From Moniliella sp. 'wahieum' (lineage: Eukaryota): a stretch of DNA of 64,000 nt. Shown piece by piece: positions 49,427-59,949 of the stretch. Made by a program: the position numbers and the translations under genes. Positions within the stretch are counted from its first letter, which is position 1. Each line of letters opens with the position of its first letter. The stretch is from assembly GCA_003971905.1 (NCBI GenBank), contig RSEE01000006.1, positions 1-64,000 of the forward strand, written 5' to 3'. The notes beneath the pieces were generated by a model. It ran no database searches and had not been told where the DNA came from. It was given only the letters and a program-made list of their open reading frames with translations.

Positions 49427-52400
49427 TTACGCCCGTGTTCGCCGCGTGACCGAGGCGGTGGGGATATTTTCCTTGCCTGAGGACGCAGCGGGAGGGGGGA
49501 GGGATCGGGCTTTAGCTGCGTTCGACTGGACAACACGTTCGACGACGGATGTGCCATCGCGGAAGCGTGCGCGGAAGAGCACGTTGGCATTGGTAAACAA
49601 GCCTTCTTTGAGGGAGCGACGATGAACTGAGAACCGCGGAAACGGTGTTTGAATAGTTGGCCAATATGTTGGGTATGACTCAAGTCGAGTGCCGCATCAA
49701 TCTCATCGAGAATGTACATTGGAGCTGGTTTGAACTGGAGCAAGCTCATGATGAGTGACAAGGCAATCAACGATCGTTGTCCTCCCGACAACTCGGTCAA
49801 GGACTGTTTCCACACCGAGCCCAGTTGCACCTTGACTTCCAAGCCTTGCACCAACTCTTGTCCCTCGGGCGGCTGCAACTTGGCGTAGTTACCCGGTAAC
49901 AATTCCGCAAAGATCTCGCCAAAGTCACCATTCACTTTGCGCCACGTTTTTTCCAATGCATCTTTCTTGTACCGGTCCAGTTCGACGATCGTCTCGTTGA
50001 TCTTTGCCTTGTCGCGGAGATTTGGGAGACCATGCGTTTGAGTGCCGTCTCCTTTTTCTCCACACTATCGATCGTACTCATCACGGACGGGTTGACTTTC
50101 CGTGACAAGCCGCGCTGACGTTCCTCCAACGTCGCACACTCAGCCAACACCGTCTTCATATTGGTCGCGGCAAAGTCGTAAGGTCCGGCCTGGACACCAA
50201 ATAAATGTTCGTCCGTAGCGAGCCAAGCAAACTGTTTGCGCAGCGTATCCAAGTGCTTGGTACTACTCGTCAAATCCGCCTGTAAATTGTCCAGTTCATG
50301 GTCCAGCTGCTTGAGTGCCAACTCGCCATCTGCCACGGCCTGTCGTTTGTCCCTTACCGCATCGCGGAACGAAGCGAATTCCTGGTCGTACGCCGACACG
50401 GCCGCGCGTTCCTCCGCCACAGCCTTTTCGACTTCAGCCACGGTCGCCTGGACCTGGGCCATGCGCGCATCGTGTTCGTCCACCTCGGCCTGGGCCTTGG
50501 CCACAGCGTCAGCTTGTTGGGCCACCTGTTGTTCCGCCGCAGCGACATCGGCCACCACCTGCTCCAATTGGAGTGTGCGCGTGCGGACCAAGTTGGCTTG
50601 GGTCTTGACTTCTTCGCGAGCGCCCTCGATCCGACGTTTGTGACGTTGAATCGTGCTGCGCAACTCGACAATCTTGCCCTCCTTGTCGGCGCCAAACTCA
50701 TCGAGCTGTTGTTGAAAGTGAGCGAGGTCAGTTTGAGCCTGAGCCTGGGCCGCTTTGGCTTGTTCCGTTGCGGCGCTGAGCTGTTCTTGGGTCTGCTTGG
50801 CTTGGGCCAGCTCGGTTTCCAGACGAGTGGCCGTGCAGGTATCCAATTGGTCTTGGAGCAATGCCACGGCGTGGGTTTTGCGCTGATGTTCGCGCATCGC
50901 GCCGCCAGTCTGAGCCAAGGCCTGTTCGGCCTGGCTTAGTTGGAGTTCGATCTGGGCCAAGTGGCGTTGAGCGTCAGCCAAGGCGCGCGAGGCGGCATTG
51001 AGTTGTTGGGCTTTGAGCAAGATACCGGCGGTGGAGGGTTTGCTTCCTCCGGACAAGGTGCCCGCTGGGTCGTACACGTCACCGTCTAAGGTTACGCTCT
51101 TGAGGCGAACGGCATGATCAAATGTGACCTGTTTGGCCGTCGCTGCATCGGCGCAGATCAGTGTCGCGCCAAACACGTACTCGAGCGCCTTGGCCACCTC
51201 CCGGTCCGATCCCACCAACGACAAGGCCAAATCCACTTTGCCCGGTGCCAATTTCTGGGCCGCGCCCACTTTTTGAGCGGAAGCAACAAACGCTTGGATC
51301 TTGTTGAGGGGGATGAGGGTCACGCGCTTACGCAGCTGCCCTTTGCTCAGCAATGCACTGCCTACCTTCTCGTCCTCCACCACCACCACATTGTACAGTC
51401 GCCCGCCCGCACAGACCTCCAACGCGGTGGCATACTTGGCCTTTTCAGGGTCGAGGTGAACCAAGTGGGCGACCAGGCCTTTGACCTTGGACCGATCAAA
51501 GTTGGGTGTGGGATCGGTGTAGGAAAAGTCCAAAGCAGACAAGCGGGAAGCCAAGCTTTCGCGTTGTTCGGCCAATTGACTGACTTGCGCGCGAACGCGG
51601 TTGCGTTCTTCCTGTAGCTGCGCTTTGGTCGTAGGATCGACGCCACTGGCTTGCAGCTGGTGTGCCAAGGCCTCTACTTCCTTTTGGGCCTGGGCGAGGG
51701 TACGTTGAATCTCAGCCTGTTCCTTGGTAGCTTTCTTGAGAGCCTGTTGTTTGGTGGCTACTTCACGCGCCAAATGTTGTGCCTTCATTTGATGTTGTTG
51801 CATCTCGCTCGCAGCTTGAGCTTCCCGCGCGCGCGCATCGGCAATCAGCCCCATGTACCCGCCTTGGTTGGCAGCCTTGCCCTGGGCCGAGGACATGCCA
51901 GTGGTCAAGGTCTGCAGCAACTCTTCGTCCTTAGCAAGTTGGTTGAGTGCCTTATCGTGTTCGGTGCGGAGCGTAGAGTAGTGGCGCGTAAGTTCCTCAT
52001 GTTCCGATTGGTTGGTGGCGAGCGTCTTGCGAAGCTCGACCAAGCCTTTTCCACCGCGGTCGCACGAGCCTGTTCTTCCTTGACCGCAGCCCGTTTAAAG
52101 TCACGACTGGTTTGGAGTTTGGCCAATTCGTGGGCATGTGCCTTGTTCTGCTCGACCAAGGTGGTGAGCTTGCCACTTTGGTGCGCCTCCTTCTCCCTTT
52201 GACGCTCGATCTTGGCCAGCTCAGTTTCCAGACTGGCAATCTGCTTACGAAGACGGGCGTGTTCGTCGTGCAGGGCCTCGCGCTCGGCCTGCTTGGCGGT
52301 CAGGGCCGCTTGTCGTTCGGTCAAGCGTTTGCGGTGGGTTACCCACTCCCACGCCTTGGCGAGCCGGGTGAGCCGTTCGAGCTCAGACGTCATCTTTTGG

Positions 52401-53150
52401 TACTCGAGAAAACTATGTTTTTCTTGTCGCAGCTTGTCGAGCTTGGGGGTGATCTCCTCGTCGAGCAACTGGATAGCACATGGTTAGCTCCAGCCGACCC
52501 AGGCCCCAAACCCCACCCGCACCATCAGATCGGAAAAGGGGAAGGGGGGGGGGACGTACAGCATGCATCTCGCGAATCTTCTGGTCCTTTTTGGACATGG
52601 TCCGGAGCGCCTTTTCCTTGCGGTCCTCAAACATGCGCGTGCCAGCCGCTTCCTCAATAAGACTGAGCACCTCGGGGGGCTTCATATTGAGCACCTTGGT
52701 GATTTTGCCCTGCATGATGAGAAAGTTGGGATTGTTAATGTTGAGCTGGACGGACTGGAACATATTCTGGACGGCCTGGAGGGTGGCCTTGTGGCCGTTG
52801 ATCAAGTACTTGCTAATGCCGCCCATGGCGATTTGGCGCGTGACGGTGATCTGGGCCAAGTTCTCAAACGAGACGGGGGAGGTGGCGCGGTCCGAGTTGT
52901 CAAAGACGATGGTGACGCTGGCCTTGGTGACGCCGGCCTGGCCGCGCTTGTAGATGAGGTCTTGGAGGTTGCTGGCGCGCACGGCGGTGAGGTTGGTGAT
53001 GCCGAGGACAAAGCAGATGGCGTCGAGGATGTTGGACTTGCCGCTGCCGTTGAGGCCGGTGATGGCATTGAAGCTGGGGTCGAAGCCGCTGACGTGGGTG
53101 CGGACGGGGTAGGACTTGAAGCCGTCGATGATCAGCTCCTCGATGCGCAT
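49427..53150 (-). CDS. SMC2: Condensin SMC subunit
   Basis: [39 protein letters not shown], hinge [12 protein letters not shown]...[14 protein letters not shown]...[18 protein letters not shown], and [43 protein letters not shown]. One intron at about 52470-52558. Confidence 0.97.
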
Positions 53151-53382
53151 CGTGGGCAGAGGAGTGGTGGCCAGGAGGAGGAACGAGGCGGGACGGAGAG
53201 CGACGCGTCGTGGCTGCCCGAACCAATCAACAACCAACACCGGGTCACGTGGCCTAGTCCAACCACGTGACGTGCTGAACATTGCAACCTGCTGCGCCCA
53301 AGGCGTGCTGTCTTCGGCTGGGTTTTTTTTGTGGGTTCCTTTGTCAGCAGCAGCCTTCCCGATCCCAATCGCAGCCACCCAC

Positions 53383-53476
53383 CCATCCATCCATCCATCC
53401 ATCCATCCATCCATCCATCCATCCATCCATCCATCCATCCATCCATCCATCCATCCATCCATCCATCCATCCATCC
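53383..53476. repeat. (CCAT)n microsatellite, about 23 units, in the SMC2/CYC3 divergent promoter or 5' UTR
   Basis: Read directly from the sequence. Confidence 0.95.
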
Positions 53477-53497
53477 TCCATCAACCCCCACCTGGCC

Positions 53498-54651
53498 ATG
53501 TCCGTCTTCCACACCGACAACAACTCCAAGACCGTTGCCGCGCTGCTCTACCACCGCGCCCAGAGCGGCATCCAGCCCACCCCGGGCGACTTTGCCCGCA
53601 TCCGCCTCGCGCGCGACCTGGACGCGCGCCACAAGGCCCGGCAAGAACGCAAAAGCGCAGCGGCCCAGGCCGCGGGCAGTGCGCACCGCCATGCCAGCCA
53701 CGCTCACGCCGCCGACGGCGCTACCCCACCGCCCCCCGGCTGTCCGATGCACAAGCCTGATTCGGCCGCGGCGGGACCTGGTGCTGGTGCTGCGTCGGCT
53801 CCCGCGTCCCCGCATCGGTCCGCGTTTGCCGCTGCGACGGCTGCGACGGGCAGCATGGGGGGCCTCCGGCCGAGGGAGCTTCGGCGTGCCCCGTGCCGCA
53901 TGAGCAGCGCGAAAAGTACATGTCCGAGAGCAAGTTGGACCCGCGGAACAATATGCCTACGCTGAGTCAGGACCGTGCGGCGCACCAAGCGGTGCATCTT
54001 TCGACTGAACGTGTCGTGTCGTCCATTCCGCGTTCGCGTACATCTCCTGCGGTTGGAGCGTCACCGTACGACCCTCCTTCGGCTGCGGGACAATGCCCTG
54101 TGGACCATGGCAAGAAACAGGAGGGAGAGCAAGATGCCAACTGGGAGTACCCGTCCGCGCAGCAATTTTACAATGCGCTTGTGCGGAAAGGATGGGAGAC
54201 GCCCGAGGAGCATGTGGAAATGATGGTGTTGATTCACAACTTTTTGAATGAGCGAGCGTGGCAAGAGGTGGTCGAGTGGGAAAAGTTGGCCGGCAGCGAT
54301 CCGTCGCAATTGGCCTTGACTCGCTTTACAGGACGGCCGGGTACGTTGAGTCCCAAAGCGCGGTACTACCAATGGCTCGGGTGGCTTCTGCCGTCGAGGT
54401 ACAATACCGAGCCGCCATTTGATCGACACGATTGGGTCATCCAGCGTCCTGCGCCCGCCGGATCCGACGGCCCCGGCGAACAGGTGCGCTATGTGATTGA
54501 TTACTACGAGGCGCCGTCGGACAACCCCGAGGAAGATGAGGCGGTGTTTAATTTGGATGTGCGCCCGGCGGTGGATAGCTTGGCGGCGTTGCGCCTGCGC
54601 GCACAAAAGGCGTTTGCCGAGTGGAAGCAGCCCACGCCTGCCTCTGCTTGA
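53498..54651 (+). CDS. CYC3: Holocytochrome c synthase (cytochrome c heme lyase)
   Basis: Heme-regulatory CPM/CPV motifs, [74 protein letters not shown]. One frameshift at about 53860. Confidence 0.93.
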
Positions 54652-54877
54652 TCCTGGGCCGTCAGCTCACTGTACACTACCATCGCACCACTCCGTTACT
54701 TTGTCTCCCTCCCCCATCCCCTATGCAATGAGACAGCGTGGGTGTTGTAGTTCTGCAGGATGATCAATGACAGAGAGAGGATTCATGAAGAGGGCCTGTC
54801 CTGACGCTCTCCCCGGGTCCTCGGACGAACAGGGGGCAGGGCGAACAGATCAGCTGACCCGAACGAAATGGCACACG

Positions 54878-55727
54878 CTAAAACCCGCCCGATGCCGTGA
54901 CTTTCCACAAGTCGTCTGGAGGTAGAGAACGAAAGGAATTAGTACAATGTCTCCTGCCTGTTGGACGCACGCCAACGCCGTCGTTCTCACACGAAAGAAA
55001 AAAACTGAACGAAAAGACCGACAAGAGAAAAGAAAAGAAATGGAATGGAATGGAAGAAAAACGTACCGCCAATCGTGTGCAAGTTATCAATCACGCTCCC
55101 CTTGCGCTTTTCCTTAATCTCCTCGGTACCTTGCCGCAGCAACCCGACCGCCAATGGCAGTTGCTTGTCCTGGGCAAAGATCGCAATGGCCGTGTCGGCG
55201 GCAAGGGCGTGCTCCTTGTCGGGCAACTTGCCTCCGGCCGTCAAGAGTCCCGGTGCCATGACATTGGCGCCGCCCAAGACGAAGCGAATGGCACCCCTGT
55301 CGACTTGGACCGAGGGCATGAGGAACGGGTCTAGCATACCACGGGGCAGGGTCAGCGGTAAGGTCAAGCACAGCGAGGAATGGGGAGGGAAGAGAGATGC
55401 TCCATTAGGTCGCAGCGGAGGTGGGGGGGGGGACGCACACTTGTGGAGAAGGTGAAGCTCAGGGTAGTAAGGGCCATCGAAGTGTTGGAAGAAGAGGGGC
55501 TGCTTGTTGAGCACGAGGATGGAGACGTGTTCGCGACTAAACTTGACGAGTGTGATGGGTTCCTTCTTGGGCCAGATCTGTTCCAGCAGCACGCCCTCGT
55601 CGGCGCCGAGCGTGTCGGGGTACTGCTGGAGCAGCTTGGTGCGGATCGAGCGCTGGACCGACGACTTGACCGCCGTGGAGGACGACACGTCGCCCTTGGC
55701 CGGCTGGAAGGAGCGGAAGACGGACAT
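54878..55727 (-). CDS. TMA20: Translation machinery-associated protein 20 (MCT-1, PUA domain)
   Basis: VKSSVQRSIR.K, IWPKKEP, PLFFQHFDGPY.P.L.LLHKYP, VQVDRGAIRFVLGGANVM.PGL, H.IGDDLW. Introns at 55331-55438 and about 54915-55066. Confidence 0.95.
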
Positions 55728-55996
55728 GGCAGGCGTGGAGGGAGGAGGCGGGGGGGGGGCAGGACCTTGGGTAGGTTGCTCTTGTCGCAAAGCCAGCTAC
55801 CTAAACGTCGCCATTCTTGCCTGCCCCGCCATTCCGCCCCGGGGCGTAATTAATAATTTCCGCCGCGCCCACCCCCGTGCCGGCCAGCCCAGGCCGCAGG
55901 CTACACCCCCCAGACCAACGCGTGGCAACAGGCGACCAACAAGCCGCCCACCCCCCTCGCTCTCCTTGCCGAGCCTCAGCACCTCCACCTGTGCCG

Positions 55997-56988
55997 ATGC
56001 AACGCTCTGGATCGCCCATGTCGCCCGGCTCGCCCATCTACCACCCGGGCTCGCCGCCGCAGGCCTACTCGCCCCAGCGCGCCTTCAGCCCCGGCTCCGA
56101 CGCGGGCCCCGCGCCGCGCGGCAAAGGACGGCGCAGCGGTGCCAGCGGCGCTGGACGACCACGATCGTCACGCGCCAGTGCGGCTGGCTCCCCCCCCCTG
56201 CGGGACGCGGCAGGCCACGTGGCCGCGGCCGAGGCGGGCGAGCGAGTACGGGGGGCCCGAGCCGTGCTGGTTCGGCGCGTCCGCGTGCACTACGGAGCGA
56301 AAGTGCGGTGCCGAACGAGGGGGACTCGGATGCGGAGCTGGACACCGGTGGTGCAGACGGGTCGGTGGTACCGGAGGGATCCATGGTGCCTGCTGGTCGC
56401 GAGGGCCAGGAGGGTGGGGAGGAGGAAGGCGAGGCGGAAGCGGATGCGGACGCAGACGCGGACGCAGATCCAGACCCAGAGGACCAGCTGTTGGAAGAAG
56501 ACGAGTTTTCACTGCAAAAGTCGATTGACATGGAGCGCAAGAAGGTGATGCGGCTGCTGATGGATGCGTTTACGCCCGAGCAGTACTCGCGGCACGAGGC
56601 CTACCGACGGTCGCGGCTGTCGAAGGGGTCGGTGCGCAAGGTACGTTTGTGCGGGCGGGGGGGGAAGACTGGGACGATGGCGAGAGACAGACACGCGCTG
56701 ACGCATGGGGCGGTTGGGGGGGGGCAGGTGGTGAACCACACGCTGGCCCAGTCGGCGCCGGACAGCGTGCTGCAGGTGGTGGCGGGGATGGGGAAGGTGT
56801 TTGTGGGCGAGATCACCGAGTCGGCGCGGCGGGTGATGCGGGAGCGCGGGGACGAGGGGGCGATCCAGCCGGAGCATCTGCTGGAGGCCAACCGCCGCTG
56901 GAAGGAGAAGCGCGAGCGGCCGGGGCATTATCCGCCGGGCGGTGCGTCGGGCGCCCCGGGGCTGGGCAAGCGGCGGCGGCTATTCTAA
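55997..56988 (+). CDS. TAF11: TFIID subunit TAF11 (histone fold)
   Basis: LLMDAFTPEQYSRHEAYRRSRLSKGSVRK / VVNHTLAQS......VVAGMGKVFVGEI.E.A..V......GAIQPEHL.EA.R. Intron at 56641-56727. Confidence 0.92.
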
Positions 56989-57055
56989 GGGGGGGGGTGA
57001 TGTGCATGTGAATGTGATATGGTGTGGTGATGAGTACCCGCAGGGCTGCAGGCTA

Positions 57056-57085
57056 TAGGGTTGCGCTAGGGTTGCGCTAGGGTTG
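57056..57085 (+). promoter_or_regulatory. Three tandem TAGGGTT (telo-box-like) sites at 11-bp spacing upstream of CDC9
   Basis: TAGGGTTGCGC-TAGGGTTGCGC-TAGGGTTG, about 60 bp before the ATG. The same motif recurs upstream of other genes in the window. Confidence 0.5.
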
Positions 57086-57142
57086 CATGCTCCGGCCGCC
57101 CCAGCTGCCCGCAGCGTGCGAGTGTTCCGCCACGTCGCCGCC

Positions 57143-59634
57143 ATGCCGCCGGCGACGCGTCTGCTCCGCCTCGCGTGTGCGCTCCCCGCCATGCCCGCCA
57201 TGCCCCCACGCGCCCAGCCCGGCCTCGCCGCCTTCTTCCGCACGCCCGCCGAGCAGCCCTCCCAGCCCTCCCAGCCGTCCCAGCCGTCCCTCCGCTCCTT
57301 CTTCTCCGGCCCCCCCGCCGCCGCCGCCGCCAAGCGCTCCGCCTCCCCGCCCGCCGCCGACGCCGCCTCCGCCTCCAAGCGCCCCCGCTCCGCCTCCCCC
57401 GCCTCCAAGCGCTCCCGCTCCTCCTCCCCGACCGCCAAGCCCGCCCAGGAAAATGTCCAGGTGTACGTCTCGTCCCGTTCGCTTCCCCGCCCCATGCAGC
57501 ATGTCTGACCCGTCCCCCCGCCCCCCCAGCGCCAACATGTTCCTGACCACCGACGCCTCGGCCGCCTCGGCCGCCTCGGCCGCCCCGGCCGCCGCGCGCC
57601 AGGCCAAGCCCTTCCCCTTCTCTGCGCTGGCCGCCACGTTTGCCGCCATCGAAGCGACGACGAAGCGGCTTGAGATTCTGCAGATCCTCTCCCAGCTCTT
57701 CCGCCAAGTCATCGAGGAGAGCCCCGACGACCTGATCAAGGTCGTGTACCTCTGCATCAACCGCATTGCGCCCGAGTACGAGGGCACCGAGCTCGGTGTC
57801 GGTGAGAGCATCCTGATCAAAGCCATTGGTACCTCGACCGGCCGCGAACTGAAAAGATCAAGACCGAGCTCACGCAACTTGGCGACCTCGGTTCGGTCGC
57901 CGTCCTGTCGCGCAAACGGCAACCGACCATGTTCCGTTCCTCGGCGCTGACTGTGCCCACTGTATTTGCCCAGCTGCACGAGCTGGCCAACATGACCGGC
58001 AGCAAGAGCCAAGACCGCAAGATGGGCATCATCACGCGCCTCTTGTCGGCGTGCCAGGGGGACGAGGCCAAGTACTTGATCCGCATGTTGGAGGGCAAGC
58101 TGCGGATTGGGTTGGCAGAAAAGAGTGTGATTACCGCGCTGGGCCAAGCGGCGGTGTATGAGCAAGCGCTGGTGCAAGCGGGTGGGGACAAGAGCGAGTT
58201 GGACGTTGATTCGTTGGTTCCGGCAGTGGAAAGAGGCGTGGCGGAGGTACGTGAGGTGTACAGTCAATTGCCTTCGTACGACTTGATCGTGCCTGCGCTT
58301 TTGGCGGCGATCCGCGACCCGGACAGTACCGGCGGCGTACAAAACTTATCGGCGCACTGCAAGTTGACGCCCGGGGTGCCGCTCAAGCCCATGCTGGCCA
58401 AACCCACCAAGGCCATTGGCGAGGTACTGGACAAGTTTGAAGACAGTGAGTTTACGTGCGAGTACAAGTACGATGGTGAGCGTGCTCAAGTCCACCTCTT
58501 GCCCGATGGCTCAATGCGCATCTTTAGTCGTAACAGTGAAGACATGAGTGTCAAGTACCCCGACTTGATCCCGGTCATTCCCAAGATTACCGTGCCGGGC
58601 CAACAGGTGACGAGCTTTGTGTTGGATTGTGAGGCGGTGGCATGGAACATGCCTGAAACCGATGCCGAAGGGACGGTGACCAAACCCGGCCACATCCTCC
58701 CGTTCCAAGAACTTGCGCGGCGCAAACGCAAGGATGTCAAGGTGGAAGACATCAAGGTACGGGTGAAATTGTTTGCGTTTGACCTGCTCTACCTCAACGG
58801 CGAAGCTTTGCTGGGCAAGGAATTGGCGCAACGTCGAGTCCTGTTGCACCAAAACTTCCATGCTGTCCCCAACGAATTTGACTTTGCCACGGCCCAAGAC
58901 TGTACCTCCACCGCGGAAATCCAAGCCTTCCTAGACCAAAGCATCCGGGACAGCTGCGAGGGTCTGATGGTCAAGACGCTCAAGGGCCCCGAGTCGCACT
59001 ACAAGCCATCCCAACGTTCTACCAACTGGCTCAAGCTTAAGAAAGACTACTGTGCGTATCCGACCCGCTTTGTTACTTGTGTGCGTGTGTGTAGCAAGGC
59101 CGAAACTAACCTGTTGTTGGTTGGGGATGCAGTGTCGGGTGTGGGCGACAGTCTGGACTTGGTCGTGATTGGTGCGTTTTATGGCAAGGGCAAGCGGACG
59201 AGCGTGTACGGTGCGTTCCTCTTGGCCTGCTACGACCCGGACGACGAAGTGTGGCAAGCGATCTGTAAGATTGGCACGGGGTTTTCCGAAGAACGGTTGA
59301 GCCAACTGTACGACGTGTTAAAGCCGACGGAAGTGAGTGGGAGCAAAGGCTACTATATCCTGGGCGATGCGAAACCCGATGTGATTTTTGAGCCCAAGAC
59401 GGTATTTGAAGTCTTGACGGCCGACTTATCCTTATCGCCTGTGTATGCCGCTGCGCGCGGCCTGATTCAAGGTGAGAAGCGCGGAGTCTCACTCCGCTTC
59501 CGCGCTTCATTCGGCTGCGGGACGATAAGAGCGCAGAGCAGGCCACCTCGGCCGAACAGGTGGCGGAGATGTACCGTGCCCAGCAGTCGGTCCAGAAGAA
59601 AAACGCACCGGCGGTGGAAGATGAGTACTGGTAA
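57143..59634 (+). CDS. CDC9: DNA ligase I
   Basis: F..IEATTKRLEI, VYLCINRIAPEYEG.ELGVGES, EAKYLIR.LEGKLRIGLAEK, LTPGVPLKPMLAKPTK, active-site FTCEYKYDGERAQVH, AFDLLYLNG, CEGLMVK, WLKLKKDYL-GVGDSLDLVV, CKIGTGFS, SLRF. Intron at 59052-59132. Confidence 0.97.
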
Positions 59635-59949
59635 CTACTAGGTACAACTGTTTCTGGGTCCTCTTCCATCTTTCATCTTTCATCCTCCTCTTCTCGTTCA
59701 GTATGGCAAGATAGGCAGGCACACCTGCTGTTTCGTTTCCCCCTCTGTTGATCTGATCGATGATCTTCTCTCTTCCCCCCTCGCTCCTGTCTCCATCACC
59801 CACTATGATATATAACATCTCATCTCTTCTGTATATCTTCTTCCCCTCTCGTAAAGCGTAAAGTGGGGAATGGGACGCCTCTGCATGAGGAAGTAGGAAA
59901 AGGTAACGTAGGTTGGGGGGGGGGAGGTGCAGGGATCCCGCTAATAGGA

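Noticed and set aside
49427..53150. SMC2 and other housekeeping genes as pseudogenes or programmed frameshift cases
   Set aside because: These are essential genes with fully conserved motifs, scattered single-base slips and no consistent slippery-site or stimulator pattern. Sequencing error is the simpler explanation.
49427..59634. SMC2, TAF11 and CDC9 (plus SPC19, SRS2 and SMARCC nearby) as a functional chromosome-maintenance gene cluster
   Set aside because: They are interspersed with unrelated lipid, trafficking and mitochondrial genes. This is consistent with ordinary housekeeping gene density.
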